Source of the DNA: a virus | Virus record (IMG/VR): IMGVR_UViG_3300035670_000030 | Span: 1 to 64,000 of that record | DNA length: 64,000 bases | Reading direction: 5' to 3' (one strand) | Shown: positions 9,182 through 19,605 of the stretch, one piece after another | Layout: every line of letters starts with the position of its first letter | How positions within the stretch are numbered: the stretch's first letter is position 1 | Position numbers and translations under genes: made by a program | Notes under the pieces: generated by a model | What the model was told of the DNA's origin: nothing | The model's input: the letters and a program-made list of their open reading frames with translations, nothing else | The model's database searches: none

Positions 9182-9439
9182 ATGTTAACGCGCAACGACT
9201 ATCAAAAATTAGGACTTTCTTATGTAGATCAGTCTCAAGAAGTAGGCAGAATTAACCAATACGCAAATTCTTTATTTTCTAGAATAGAATCTTTACAATC
9301 TATTGTTCCATTTATAACTTCTGTTCCACAAGATTCTCAATCACCTGGCCAAGTTGGAAATATTGCTATAGACAGTGAATATTTTTATATTTGTACGGAG
9401 ATAAATAGTTGGAAAAGAATTCCATTAAACGAAATTTAA
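9182..9439 (+). CDS. small virion/tail-fibre-associated protein
   Basis: C-terminal PGQVGNIAIDSEYFYIC...WKRIPL motif typical of phage fibre proteins; GTGTAA at 9168. Confidence 0.6.
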   Translation: MLTRNDYQKLGLSYVDQSQEVGRINQYANSLFSRIESLQSIVPFITSVPQDSQSPGQVGNIAIDSEYFYICTEINSWKRIPLNEI

Positions 9440-9442
9440 ATT

Positions 9443-10099
9443 ATGTTGTATAGTGGTAACAGAAGATTAGGAATTGTTGCTGTCGGTACGCCCGATATGA
9501 ATCCTATATATTCTGGAGTTGCCGCGATTGATTCTGGGTTTAATACTTTTACTTCAACATCATTAACTTCAAATTCTTTAATATCTATTGCAACTGGTAT
9601 TCCACGGGCCGAATCTGATTGGCCAAAACCTTGTGAATATTTTAATAGCGAAATTTTAGCTTCTGATTTTCCAGTAAATTTAGAAGGAGTTAATGAAATA
9701 GGTGTCTCAATACCATACATAGCGGGATCTGGAGTCGATGGGTACAATATAATTCAAAATATATTAAATACAAGTACTGGTTCTTCATTTACAATTGAAA
9801 ACAGTTTTATTGATAATAAAAATTATAAATTTGAAATAGAGGAAATATCAACCTCTGGAGAGTTGACTTACGTTGGTGGTAATATATTATTATTAAATCC
9901 TGATATACCAACATTTTTAGTTTCAAATCCTCAAGTAGTAGGAGGATTCTTGTTAGAATCCTCTGGTCAATTTAATAATCTAGAATTTATATTACGAAAC
10001 AATAATGGACAAATATATCAGATAACTTCATCTGAAAATAACCAATCATTAATATATCGTACAAATAACACGATACATATATGTGGAGGAAATATTTAA
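9443..10099 (+). CDS. hypothetical (structural-like) protein
   Basis: Ser/Gly/Asn-rich ORF in plus-strand operon. Confidence 0.7.
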   Translation: MLYSGNRRLGIVAVGTPDMNPIYSGVAAIDSGFNTFTSTSLTSNSLISIATGIPRAESDWPKPCEYFNSEILASDFPVNLEGVNEIGVSIPYIAGSGVDGYNIIQNILNTSTGSSFTIENSFIDNKNYKFEIEEISTSGELTYVGGNILLLNPDIPTFLVSNPQVVGGFLLESSGQFNNLEFILRNNNGQIYQITSSENNQSLIYRTNNTIHICGGNI

Positions 10100-10100
10100 T

Positions 10101-11990
10101 ATGCAATCAAAACCTGGATCAAATAATGTTATTTATTTAAACTATGATGGTGAAACTATTATTGATAACTCCGTAATAGGTAATAATAATCTTGGAAATT
10201 ATTTTGGATGGGCTTGGCATGCAAATCAAAATGATATTGATGGAACACCAATCACAAAAGAAAATAAAATTTCCAATATTAAAGTTCCGCCAGCTGATCC
10301 TGGATTAGACCGTTTAAGTATATTCAAACAATTAGTTAATAAATTTGATATATTTGACGTAAATATTACAGATGAAAGAAGCGTTTACAATAACGCTAGT
10401 GGTTTTAAAACCATAGTTTTAATAACATCTAGACCAAGCCCTCAAGAATATAATGATCTAACAATAGCAAATAATAAGTCTGAAAATGGTCCATGGCCAT
10501 ACTCATATAGAAGACTTCTAAGATATACGGAATTAGATACAGAAACGAATATTTTAACTTACCCAATGTTTAGCGCGTCTGGGCTCGCTGGCCCAGTAAG
10601 CGGTTTTAGTAGAATTGTCGGCGGGTTAACACAATATGTTTTTGTTTGGACAAAATTATTTTTAGTAAAAGAAGACCCTAATGATAATAAAAATTTATAT
10701 TTAGTAAGGAATTCGGTTTCATTATCATCAAAATTAATTGCTCGTACAATTGCTCATGAAGTTGGTCATAAATTTGGTTTAATTCATGATGGACAGTTAC
10801 CACGCATAGAGTATTATGCAGGGCATAATGATTGGGTGCCTATTATGGGTGCGGATCGGGAATTACCAAGACCATTAGCCCAATGGAGTAAAGGGGAATA
10901 TAAATATGCTGCACATGTACAACCTGGATTACTAAATCCTTCTGCATTCTTTTTAGGGGATTTACAAGATGATTTAATTATAATTGGTAATACCTTAGGT
11001 TTTATAAAAACGCCAAAAGATAGTATTTCAAAAACACAAGTTCGTACAAAAGATTACGAAATGTATGAAAAAATAAAAAATCAGGATGGATGTTGGAAGA
11101 ACATGGGTGATCTAGGCGTTTATACTCGCGTAATTAGCCAATCAGATGTTATCACATTTAATAATAAAAAAGTAATAGAAGGTATGATTGGCTTCCCTGG
11201 AGATTTCGAAATAATAAAAATGTTATTACCTCATGGTAAATATGATTTTACAATAGATCCGGTTTGGCATAATCCAGAATCAATGTTAGATGTAAATATG
11301 TCAATTTTAAATTGCCATTGCCAAAGACCCAAAGAAAAATATCCAGTAAATTGTAATAAAAATGATTTGCCAACTCGTTATCCTGTAGATACACCATTAG
11401 AAAATTTTCAATGTATATCTTTTGATGACTGTTTAAATACAAGTCAATATGACAGTTATATAGCTCAAACTCCTAAGAATAATAAAGTTACTGGAATTAC
11501 TATAACACTAACTTTACCTTATACTCAAATTATTTATTTAATGGTAGCTGGTGATAAACAAGCACCTTTTGAAGATGGATGGTCAGTATATAGTTCTGTT
11601 GGTAAATATTATTTAGAAATAGTAAAAGATGGCAATAATAATCCAGAGTCATTTTTACAAACGTCTGATACTGCTCCATTGCCTGTATGTAATTGCGAAG
11701 AAATTTCAGTGTGCAAAGACGGAAAAATAGAAACAGTTTTATTATTTACACAAGAAGAAGGTGAACAACAAGGAACTCAAAATTTAATTGGTCCACATAT
11801 CCAAGAATATTCAATAGTCCTAAACGGCGAATCAAAAACTAAAAAATTTTTAGTTTATGGTCCGCCTATGAAAATTGATGAAGATTGCCCTAAAGGAAAA
11901 TTCTGTCTTGATGTCGTTGATAATGAAACTCAACAATGCGTAAAACAAGAATTTGTTGTAGCGTCAGACTTTGAAAAAAAGAAAGTCTAA
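10101..11990 (+). CDS. metzincin-type zinc metalloprotease with Cys-rich C-terminus (paralog 1)
   Basis: HEVGHKFGLIH, Met-turn WVPIMG, QWSKGEY; N-terminal SKPGSNNVIYLNYDG; GGAGGA before ATG 10101. Confidence 0.85.
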   Translation: MQSKPGSNNVIYLNYDGETIIDNSVIGNNNLGNYFGWAWHANQNDIDGTPITKENKISNIKVPPADPGLDRLSIFKQLVNKFDIFDVNITDERSVYNNASGFKTIVLITSRPSPQEYNDLTIANNKSENGPWPYSYRRLLRYTELDTETNILTYPMFSASGLAGPVSGFSRIVGGLTQYVFVWTKLFLVKEDPNDNKNLYLVRNSVSLSSKLIARTIAHEVGHKFGLIHDGQLPRIEYYAGHNDWVPIMGADRELPRPLAQWSKGEYKYAAHVQPGLLNPSAFFLGDLQDDLIIIGNTLGFIKTPKDSISKTQVRTKDYEMYEKIKNQDGCWKNMGDLGVYTRVISQSDVITFNNKKVIEGMIGFPGDFEIIKMLLPHGKYDFTIDPVWHNPESMLDVNMSILNCHCQRPKEKYPVNCNKNDLPTRYPVDTPLENFQCISFDDCLNTSQYDSYIAQTPKNNKVTGITITLTLPYTQIIYLMVAGDKQAPFEDGWSVYSSVGKYYLEIVKDGNNNPESFLQTSDTAPLPVCNCEEISVCKDGKIETVLLFTQEEGEQQGTQNLIGPHIQEYSIVLNGESKTKKFLVYGPPMKIDEDCPKGKFCLDVVDNETQQCVKQEFVVASDFEKKKV

Positions 11991-11996
11991 AAAATT

Positions 11997-14390
11997 ATGA
12001 AACCAGTATACATAAAATATCAAAACTTAGGTAAAAGTCTTGTAAATAATGACTTTACGATTTATACTGATAAAGGTCTTGCCATCCCAAGCGGGCTAAG
12101 TTCAAATCAATTATTAAATGGTACGATTCTTCAATTACAAGATGATGCGAGTAAAGTTTTTATTGTTCCTAAAATTTATGATTTAATTGCTAGCGGTAAT
12201 TCTAATCCACAAATATCAGGATTAAAATTTTATAAAACAGATTTAATTTTCAATTCTAGCCCAATATATTACGATGAAACAGATACATATGCACTTTCAC
12301 GATTAGGTATATATAATTATTGGTTTTTATCGACTATTGATAGAATAAAAAGCACTGGAATAAATACAACTAGTCCCTCATCTGGGCTGTTAAAAACAGA
12401 TAATTTCTTAAGTCCAATTGGAAATTATCTTAGGGATTTTAGTAACGAACCAAGTGGTACTGGAACAAATGTTGGCCCCACAGGATTTATTAATATTTCA
12501 TCCTTATTTCAAGATGATGGTTCTAGTGGCGGAGGCATAAATACTGGCCCATTTGTAAATAAACTTCGCATATATAATACTCCAGGTATTACAGGTTTTG
12601 CTGGAACTTATATTAGTGGTATTTTTACATTAGGTGGAATTCCAAGAATTGGGTTCCGAAATGAACAGAATCCAAATTTTTATATTTACAAAAATAACCT
12701 CCCAAGTGTTTGGAGGGCTGTTGAAGATTTTTATAATGGGCCTTTTACATGGTATAGTAGAACTGGTAGACAAGGTGTTGATGAAGATCCTGGTGAATAT
12801 CCTCCTGTTTTTGGATGGGAATTAGGAGATAATTCATCAATGAATCCGCCTCCTGTTACAGATTTTGCTTTGCCACTTCCAGAAATGAATTTCGGCCATT
12901 GTGCTGGTAATAGTTTAGATTACCCAGTTTATATATATCAAGCAAATAGTGTTGATTCGTCTATAGATAATATAAAGTTTTATTCTGGCGGAATGTTAAG
13001 TTCTAGTGGAACAAGTGAATTGTTTCCACAAAATATTAATATATTAAATTTATTCCCAAATTTATATAATAAATATATAGATAGAAATTTTTATTACACA
13101 AATATTGTTCAAAATAATAGATTATTGTTATTCAGAATTATTAATAATGATTTCGATCAATTTATTATTACAAAAACAAATCAAAACTATAATAGCGGTT
13201 ATTATTACTGGATTTCAGATTATGATTATGTATTAAATAGTGGAAAAGACACGTTGCAACAAGCCCGTAAAGTTTTCGTCCCAGTAGGAAATAATACTGG
13301 TGATTTAAAAAATATTTCTATCGATATAAATGACATATTTTTAAATAAAAAAATTAATATAGAAAATTTAGATTTCAATAATATTACAACCGGAGATAGT
13401 ATTTACGTAACCATTGATAAACCAGTTAGTGGTATTAATATTAATGGTATCTATAATTTACAAACTATTAATAGTGGTATTTATAATGGTTTAAATGCTT
13501 TAATGGGAGATAGATATTTATTTGCAAGTCCAAAATTTTATGTTTCTGGAGTTACTTGTGGTAATCAAGCTTTTATATTAAATCCAACAGTAGGTGTGAT
13601 TAATCAACAAACAGGCTTTGTTAGATTTGTTAGAGCTACAGAAGGTTTTCAATATGAGGTACAATTTACTAGAAATCTATCGAGTGGCTGGAGCACGACA
13701 GGAGTAACATTAACTCCGTCTTTAAATCAATCTGGTGTTCCGTCTGGTTTTATACGGGAGGAATTTTATTTACCACTAAGTCAATTAGGTGGTGGTAATT
13801 TATTCTTTAGAATGAGTGGAACAAACGCAGTTTGGAAAGTATTAGATACCGAATTCAATTATGTTGGAATAAAAAATTGTTTATCAAGTTCAAATATCCT
13901 ACCATCAAAATATTGGTTTACTGGCCAATGGGATGGATTTGCATTCAGAGATTATTATGATTTTGGTTATACTAAATTATACTTATTAAATAAAACACTA
14001 ACTGGCATCGATAACTTTAATGATGATTATGTATTAGGATATAATAATAATTACGATTATACCCAATTTTCTGGTTATATAACTGGACAAAAAGCTAGTA
14101 ACTTAATTTTTAATTTACCAGATGGACAATCTTTAACGGGCTTAATAACATCAAAATCAAGTGGTTTTATTGGCGGCTTAATTAATAGTACAAGTAATAG
14201 AACTTTTGAATATGCAAATTTTGAAATACAAAGTTTAGACCAACCATCCGATTCCATAATTGGAAAATATTCATTATCAATTACTTATAACGATGTAAAT
14301 TATTCTATTGAGTATACTGGAGGTTCTTCTGCGACTTATATAAAATATTCAAATTCTCAATCTGAATACACATGTGGATTTAACATTTAA
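11997..14390 (+). CDS. large beta-rich virion/tail-fibre-like protein
   Basis: 797 aa, G/N/S/T/Y-rich, lies between the two proteases. Confidence 0.6.
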   Translation: MKPVYIKYQNLGKSLVNNDFTIYTDKGLAIPSGLSSNQLLNGTILQLQDDASKVFIVPKIYDLIASGNSNPQISGLKFYKTDLIFNSSPIYYDETDTYALSRLGIYNYWFLSTIDRIKSTGINTTSPSSGLLKTDNFLSPIGNYLRDFSNEPSGTGTNVGPTGFINISSLFQDDGSSGGGINTGPFVNKLRIYNTPGITGFAGTYISGIFTLGGIPRIGFRNEQNPNFYIYKNNLPSVWRAVEDFYNGPFTWYSRTGRQGVDEDPGEYPPVFGWELGDNSSMNPPPVTDFALPLPEMNFGHCAGNSLDYPVYIYQANSVDSSIDNIKFYSGGMLSSSGTSELFPQNINILNLFPNLYNKYIDRNFYYTNIVQNNRLLLFRIINNDFDQFIITKTNQNYNSGYYYWISDYDYVLNSGKDTLQQARKVFVPVGNNTGDLKNISIDINDIFLNKKINIENLDFNNITTGDSIYVTIDKPVSGININGIYNLQTINSGIYNGLNALMGDRYLFASPKFYVSGVTCGNQAFILNPTVGVINQQTGFVRFVRATEGFQYEVQFTRNLSSGWSTTGVTLTPSLNQSGVPSGFIREEFYLPLSQLGGGNLFFRMSGTNAVWKVLDTEFNYVGIKNCLSSSNILPSKYWFTGQWDGFAFRDYYDFGYTKLYLLNKTLTGIDNFNDDYVLGYNNNYDYTQFSGYITGQKASNLIFNLPDGQSLTGLITSKSSGFIGGLINSTSNRTFEYANFEIQSLDQPSDSIIGKYSLSITYNDVNYSIEYTGGSSATYIKYSNSQSEYTCGFNI

Positions 14391-14395
14391 TAATT

Positions 14396-16039
14396 ATGAA
14401 ATCATTGCAAATAAGAATTTTAACAGGTGAAATTACCGTACCAAAAACGGCAAGATATAAAGAACTCTATAACAAAACAAAAAAATGGCGTCATGCTGAT
14501 GGTGCTCAAAACTATGATTATAATAAGGGCTGGAATAATGCCGCGCAATTTAACCAGGAACATTATTTAGATGAAGATACCGATACTGCTGATTTAATTT
14601 TCCCAGAGGCCAACATTAATCAAAATACTATAGAGCTCATTAACCAATTTTTCGAAATTTTTAATAAAGAGGTTTATAATACATCCTCTTTATCTCCAGG
14701 TTTTGATGATAAAAAATTTGTTTTATTTATAAAAAGAGAATACACCGATGTTAATTCTGATGCGTTTAAGAATTTAAGCAAAAAATTTTGGCCATTTAAA
14801 AGGTTAGTATGGTTTTTTATAAAAAGTGGATTTAGAGATGCCGCATTTAGTTTTCCACAGGGTCATGCAGATAAACATTGTGGAACTGCATTTATATGGA
14901 CGGAATCACCTTTAGACGAAGTTGTTAGCCATGAACTTGGGCATTTATATGGTTTAGACCATTGGGGGGATACAAGAGATCCTTTAAAATTAATAAATAA
15001 TAAAGCAAGTTATTATCAAAGAAATAACCAATGGGCTCCGATAATGGGCATTTCATTATTGAGTAGTCAAAATTCTCAATGGAGTAATGGAAATTACTTG
15101 CCAAAATGGCCAGGTTTTCAAGATGATATACTTACAATCTCAAAACATGGAAGTTTAATAAAACCACCAATTAAACAAACAAATTCAGTTTATTTTAATA
15201 ACGTACGTAATTTAAAAAATGCTAAAAAAATGGCAAGAATTTTAAATGAAAATTCTGCAACCGCCATTGGCATGATTGGTTTTCCATATGATTATGATAT
15301 TATTAAAGTAATTGTTCCAGCTGGAGCTAGTCTTTTAACAATAAAACCTGTTGAGACTAATAGTAAAATGCCAGATTTTGACTGTGATATTTTATACTGT
15401 GATTGCGAATTAGATAAAGATAAAGATAAAACTAATATGAGCGCTGATTTTGATACATATTGGGCTCCAGATGGTGAAGTAAATATTTTAAGAAAAATTG
15501 TTATAAATAATGACGATAAATATGTTAGTAGAAGTTTACATAATGATAATAGCAAAGAAATACAATTTGATTTTAATTTCGAATATACATCTTTAATTTA
15601 TTTAAGAATACGTGGAGATTTTATAGATCCAGTAAATAAGAAAAATGAAGAAGAACCAGTTCAAGAAGATAAAGGTCAAGATAGATATGGTTCTGTTGGA
15701 AAATATAGAATTAACGTAACAACAGATTCAACTGCTTTTAATGATGACATTCCTAATACACATTGTGAAAAATTCAATATATGTGTTAATGGCGAATATC
15801 AACAAATACCTTTATTTGTTCAAGATGAAAAAGATGAACAAATTGATGGCACTGAAGGTGGTGTTCATATATTTGAAACAGATGTATTGATTAATGGCGA
15901 AAAGAAAAAGAAAAGATTTTTAGTTATAGGATATCCATTAGATATGAATCAAAAAGAAATTGAGGGTAGATTCTATTTGCCAGTTATAATCAATAATGAA
16001 TGCAAAAAATATGCTTTCGTTAGAGGAATTTCAACATAA
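14396..16039 (+). CDS. metzincin-type zinc metalloprotease (paralog 2)
   Basis: HELGHLYGLDH, WAPIMG, QWSNGNY, GMIGFP, SVGKY shared with 10101 gene. Confidence 0.85.
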   Translation: MKSLQIRILTGEITVPKTARYKELYNKTKKWRHADGAQNYDYNKGWNNAAQFNQEHYLDEDTDTADLIFPEANINQNTIELINQFFEIFNKEVYNTSSLSPGFDDKKFVLFIKREYTDVNSDAFKNLSKKFWPFKRLVWFFIKSGFRDAAFSFPQGHADKHCGTAFIWTESPLDEVVSHELGHLYGLDHWGDTRDPLKLINNKASYYQRNNQWAPIMGISLLSSQNSQWSNGNYLPKWPGFQDDILTISKHGSLIKPPIKQTNSVYFNNVRNLKNAKKMARILNENSATAIGMIGFPYDYDIIKVIVPAGASLLTIKPVETNSKMPDFDCDILYCDCELDKDKDKTNMSADFDTYWAPDGEVNILRKIVINNDDKYVSRSLHNDNSKEIQFDFNFEYTSLIYLRIRGDFIDPVNKKNEEEPVQEDKGQDRYGSVGKYRINVTTDSTAFNDDIPNTHCEKFNICVNGEYQQIPLFVQDEKDEQIDGTEGGVHIFETDVLINGEKKKKRFLVIGYPLDMNQKEIEGRFYLPVIINNECKKYAFVRGIST

Positions 16040-16050
16040 AAAATTATAAT

Positions 16051-16200
16051 TTATTTTTCTAACAGTTTTAAAACTACAATCGTATCACTTGATTCAATAT
16101 CAAGATCATCAATAATTAATTCTTGATTTTCAAATTCAAAAACTACTTTTGCTTTTGGATTTTCTTCTTCAAGTAATTCAATTAAGTCTTTGATTTTCAT
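16051..16200 (-). CDS. small hypothetical protein (49 aa, MKIKDLIELLEEENPKAKV...), absent from ORF track
   Basis: Manual translation; fills gap exactly. Confidence 0.7.
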   Translation of the reverse strand: MKIKDLIELLEEENPKAKVVFEFENQELIIDDLDIESSDTIVVLKLLEK

Positions 16201-16203
16201 AAA

Positions 16204-16437
16204 TTAAGGATTAACTTTCAAAATAACATGCCACAAACCATCTGCACTTTTTGTACTAGTTTGTTGACGAATTTTCATTCTGGAATTATTAGCAGCATTT
16301 ACTGCCATACGATGAGCTTCAAAATGTGAAGTACCAACCCCTGTAATAAAAGAAGTACCTTTATCATCTGCATTCAAATCAAAAATTAGATAGGCATTAA
16401 TTGCTACAATAAGGATATGTTTAATCATTTTTTTCAT
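16204..16437 (-). CDS. small secreted protein
   Basis: Signal-peptide-like N-terminus. Confidence 0.6.
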   Translation of the reverse strand: MKKMIKHILIVAINAYLIFDLNADDKGTSFITGVGTSHFEAHRMAVNAANNSRMKIRQQTSTKSADGLWHVILKVNP

Positions 16438-16705
16438 TTAATTTTTCTCCTTCTTTTAAGATAGACTCTTTCGAGTCTTCTATATTTTTAACATGATTTT
16501 TAATAATGTCAATAGATAAATATTTAGGAAAGAAATAAATTGAAATATCTTTTTTTGTTATTTTTTTGATTTCATCATAAAGAAACTTAATATCTTCTTT
16601 TTTAAAATCTTTTTTCTTCTCTTCGTCTATTTTCACTAAGATAGTATCGCCATCATTTATTTCAGATGTTTTAAATAAGTTAATTTCTAACGATTTTATA
16701 TCCAT
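16421..16705 (-). CDS. hypothetical protein
   Basis: ORF in operon; ATG 16705 chosen. Confidence 0.65.
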   Translation of the reverse strand: MDIKSLEINLFKTSEINDGDTILVKIDEEKKKDFKKEDIKFLYDEIKKITKKDISIYFFPKYLSIDIIKNHVKNIEDSKESILKEGEKLNEKND

Positions 16706-16709
16706 AAAT

Positions 16710-16910
16710 TTAATTGTTAATTGCAAAATAATCTCTAGCGGCTTCTAAATATCCTTCGCTATCGAGGTATCGCCTTAAAGCTTGAAAGTCATCTCCAGAT
16801 AATGGTCCTTTTACTCGTACTTCGATATCATAACCATCACTACCAACAGGTTTTATTCCAACACTAAAATAGCGTCCTTTAAAATTTAATTTCGTATAAT
16901 ATATTGACAT
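16710..16910 (-). CDS. hypothetical protein
   Basis: ORF, ...LRRYLDSEGY. Confidence 0.7.
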   Translation of the reverse strand: MSIYYTKLNFKGRYFSVGIKPVGSDGYDIEVRVKGPLSGDDFQALRRYLDSEGYLEAARDYFAINN

Positions 16911-16952
16911 TGCCTAATTTTATAGGCTAGAAAATAATTTATCTATTATTTT

Positions 16953-18092
16953 TCAACTGCATGCAGGATCTTTAATTGGGAACCCATCTGGGTTACAACG
17001 CGGCTCAACTTCAGGATCATCTGGGGTATAACCTTTTACATAACTATATTTAGATATTTCTATAGTTGCTACTGTTCCATTTTCAGCAATAAGACTGTCC
17101 TCACTGGAAAAAATAACATCTTGACATGTTGGGTTTTCAATAAATTGACTTGATTCCCATACATATTCTTTGACAGGAGACACTTCTTCTTCGCCTGATT
17201 TTTGCCATGATTTACAAGTTGTATCTGGATTACAATTTGTACCCGCTCCACTTCCACCACTTCCCGAGGATGGATCGCATGCCTGCCATACATAGTTTTG
17301 AACCTTTTTACGAATCCAAACTTTTAAATACCCAGTTTTAATTGGATCATGTTTAATTCTATATTTTACAAGTTGTTGATCTATTATTCCAACAGTCGGA
17401 GCGTCAAGATCTTTAGCTGTCGAGCTTCTTCCTTGTCCAGGTTGCAATGATGGTTGTTGATCACTACAACGTTCAATAAATTCTGGAAATCCTGGCATTG
17501 TCGCAGGGTAACAAGTATCGGGTGTAGGATCTGTATAAACATTTGTTGGGCATGTATTCATACCAACTCCACTACTATTTGGATCGCAATATGCTGGCTC
17601 GCCATTATCAGATGTTTTACATTCACATGGTCCAAGTGACGGACCAACAACACATTCTGTTGTTTCAACTCTTGCGGGTTCGCCGCCTAAACTAAAAACA
17701 TCTTGAATATTAATAGATATATTGCTATTTTCTTGGTTTTTGTCTAATAGATTATCAATTTCTTCGTTTTCTAATAATTTTAGAATATTTAACATTAATG
17801 CTGCATTTTGGCCCACTGTATAAGATGATGATAAAGGTGGCCAAATTGAAGAAGATGAAGAAGATGGTGGTGGCATTTGCCACGTTTTAGTTAATTTTAA
17901 ATAATGTTGTGGATAACATTTTTCATCTATTGTCCAATTGTCGAAATTTGGCTCGCAAGAATCGCCTTTGCAAGGAATCAACCCACAAGTGCTTTTTGAA
18001 CATTTCTGACTTTTAGATACGGCTTCTAAAACTGGCACTGCCGTTTCACAAGTACAAGTTATTAAAATTGGTAATTTTGGATCGAGGCTCAT
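16953..18092 (-). CDS. Cys/Pro/Ser-rich hypothetical protein
   Basis: About 20 Cys in 379 aa; GTGTAA motif at 18114-18109. Confidence 0.75.
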   Translation of the reverse strand: MSLDPKLPILITCTCETAVPVLEAVSKSQKCSKSTCGLIPCKGDSCEPNFDNWTIDEKCYPQHYLKLTKTWQMPPPSSSSSSIWPPLSSSYTVGQNAALMLNILKLLENEEIDNLLDKNQENSNISINIQDVFSLGGEPARVETTECVVGPSLGPCECKTSDNGEPAYCDPNSSGVGMNTCPTNVYTDPTPDTCYPATMPGFPEFIERCSDQQPSLQPGQGRSSTAKDLDAPTVGIIDQQLVKYRIKHDPIKTGYLKVWIRKKVQNYVWQACDPSSGSGGSGAGTNCNPDTTCKSWQKSGEEEVSPVKEYVWESSQFIENPTCQDVIFSSEDSLIAENGTVATIEISKYSYVKGYTPDDPEVEPRCNPDGFPIKDPACS

Positions 18093-18135
18093 TTTATTAT
18101 TATAATAATTACACTAAAAATTTAAATATTTTTTT

Positions 18136-19005
18136 TTATTGTATTAAAAAATTAAATATTTTATAAGCCCAAAAACTTCTTTTTAAATATTTTTCTTGAA
18201 TATCTGGTGGAAAAGATGCTAATGGTGGATTTTTTTTTGTGCTTTTATTTTTATATGGCTCGTAATGAGATTGTATTAATTTAATAAAATTATTTAATGA
18301 AATCCCATAACACGCTAAAAATATGTCACTCACAGCTTTATCTACATCTTTATATTGATAAATTGAAATATCTTTTAAAGCTTCTATTGTTTCTAAATAA
18401 TGTTTATCTGTTATAACTTGATCGTTTGATAAATTTGAAATTTCTCTAATTAACCAACTATCTTCTATAAAAGATGACTGTAAATAATCTTCAAAAGATA
18501 AATCTTTATAAGCCCCATGAGTAGATTCATGCTTAGATATTTCATTTTTTAAATAAAAATAATAAGAAGAATATTGTTCATAAGGATCTCTAATCAGCAT
18601 AAAAGATTTAAATCTTAAATTTGAAAAAAAATTAAAAAATTCTTTTATTTTTCTAAACCCGCGAGGCTCTATAACCATAGCATAAATATCAAATTTATTT
18701 ATTTTATCCATATGGGCACGATCTAATTTAAAAAAATTGCCATTTTCAGAAGCTCTTTTAAATAAAAGATTATTTTTTTGACATATCTTTTTAAAATCCA
18801 TTGCAATAATTCTAAAATATGTTAGATTTTCGTGAGTAATTTCGATACTAACCCTATTCTCTAAAAGAGCTATATAATCTTGAGATTTTAATCCTGGATA
18901 TTTTTTTTTTAAATAAACGATTAAGGAAAACCTCATCAACCATATTGCATAAGTTCCAGCACATCTAGGAATATGGTAAAATAAAGGGATATATGGATTA
19001 TTCAT
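18136..19005 (-). CDS. sulfotransferase-like protein
   Basis: FYHIPRCAGT; IRDPYEQYSSYYFY. Confidence 0.75.
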   Translation of the reverse strand: MNNPYIPLFYHIPRCAGTYAIWLMRFSLIVYLKKKYPGLKSQDYIALLENRVSIEITHENLTYFRIIAMDFKKICQKNNLLFKRASENGNFFKLDRAHMDKINKFDIYAMVIEPRGFRKIKEFFNFFSNLRFKSFMLIRDPYEQYSSYYFYLKNEISKHESTHGAYKDLSFEDYLQSSFIEDSWLIREISNLSNDQVITDKHYLETIEALKDISIYQYKDVDKAVSDIFLACYGISLNNFIKLIQSHYEPYKNKSTKKNPPLASFPPDIQEKYLKRSFWAYKIFNFLIQ

Positions 19006-19011
19006 AATTCT

Positions 19012-19596
19012 TTATTCATCAAATTTATATCCAAAATCAATATAATCTTGACCAAAATATTCTATTATTTTTCTAAGCTTTGGCGTATAAAAGTCCTTGT
19101 ATGGGGTATTTTTAGGGCGACTAACTGCATTATAATTCATTTTCGGCCAAGTCACATTATATTTGTTAAAAATAAAATTTACGTCTTTTTCATAGTTTTC
19201 GTAACGAACGATGTAATCAACATTTAATTTATTATCGTAATAAATAAATTTTTTCAAATTCAAAAAATTTTTTTTACACATATCATAAACAAATTTATCA
19301 AAGCTACAGTGAGATTCATTTATTTTTCCTGCGTATAGGTGGTGAAAATAATATGAAACGGTTAAATCCCATGGGTTTCTTATAGAAACAAATTTAAAAT
19401 AATTATTAGGATTTTCATTTAATTGTTTTAAAATCGTCATATGATCTTCCATGGTAGAATGTTTAGTTCTGGGAAAAAAATCTTTATATATTTTGTTTGG
19501 ATCACATGTCGGATGCCAACCAAAACCACCTTCTATTGTTGTTCCTCCGGTTTTGGGAGGATGTGCAAAAATAATTTTTCTATATATATCAATCAT
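19012..19596 (-). CDS. sulfotransferase family 2 protein
   Basis: FAHPPKTGGT; IRNPWDLTVSYY; VRYEN. Confidence 0.85.
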   Translation of the reverse strand: MIDIYRKIIFAHPPKTGGTTIEGGFGWHPTCDPNKIYKDFFPRTKHSTMEDHMTILKQLNENPNNYFKFVSIRNPWDLTVSYYFHHLYAGKINESHCSFDKFVYDMCKKNFLNLKKFIYYDNKLNVDYIVRYENYEKDVNFIFNKYNVTWPKMNYNAVSRPKNTPYKDFYTPKLRKIIEYFGQDYIDFGYKFDE

Positions 19597-19605
19597 TTTA
19601 ACTGG

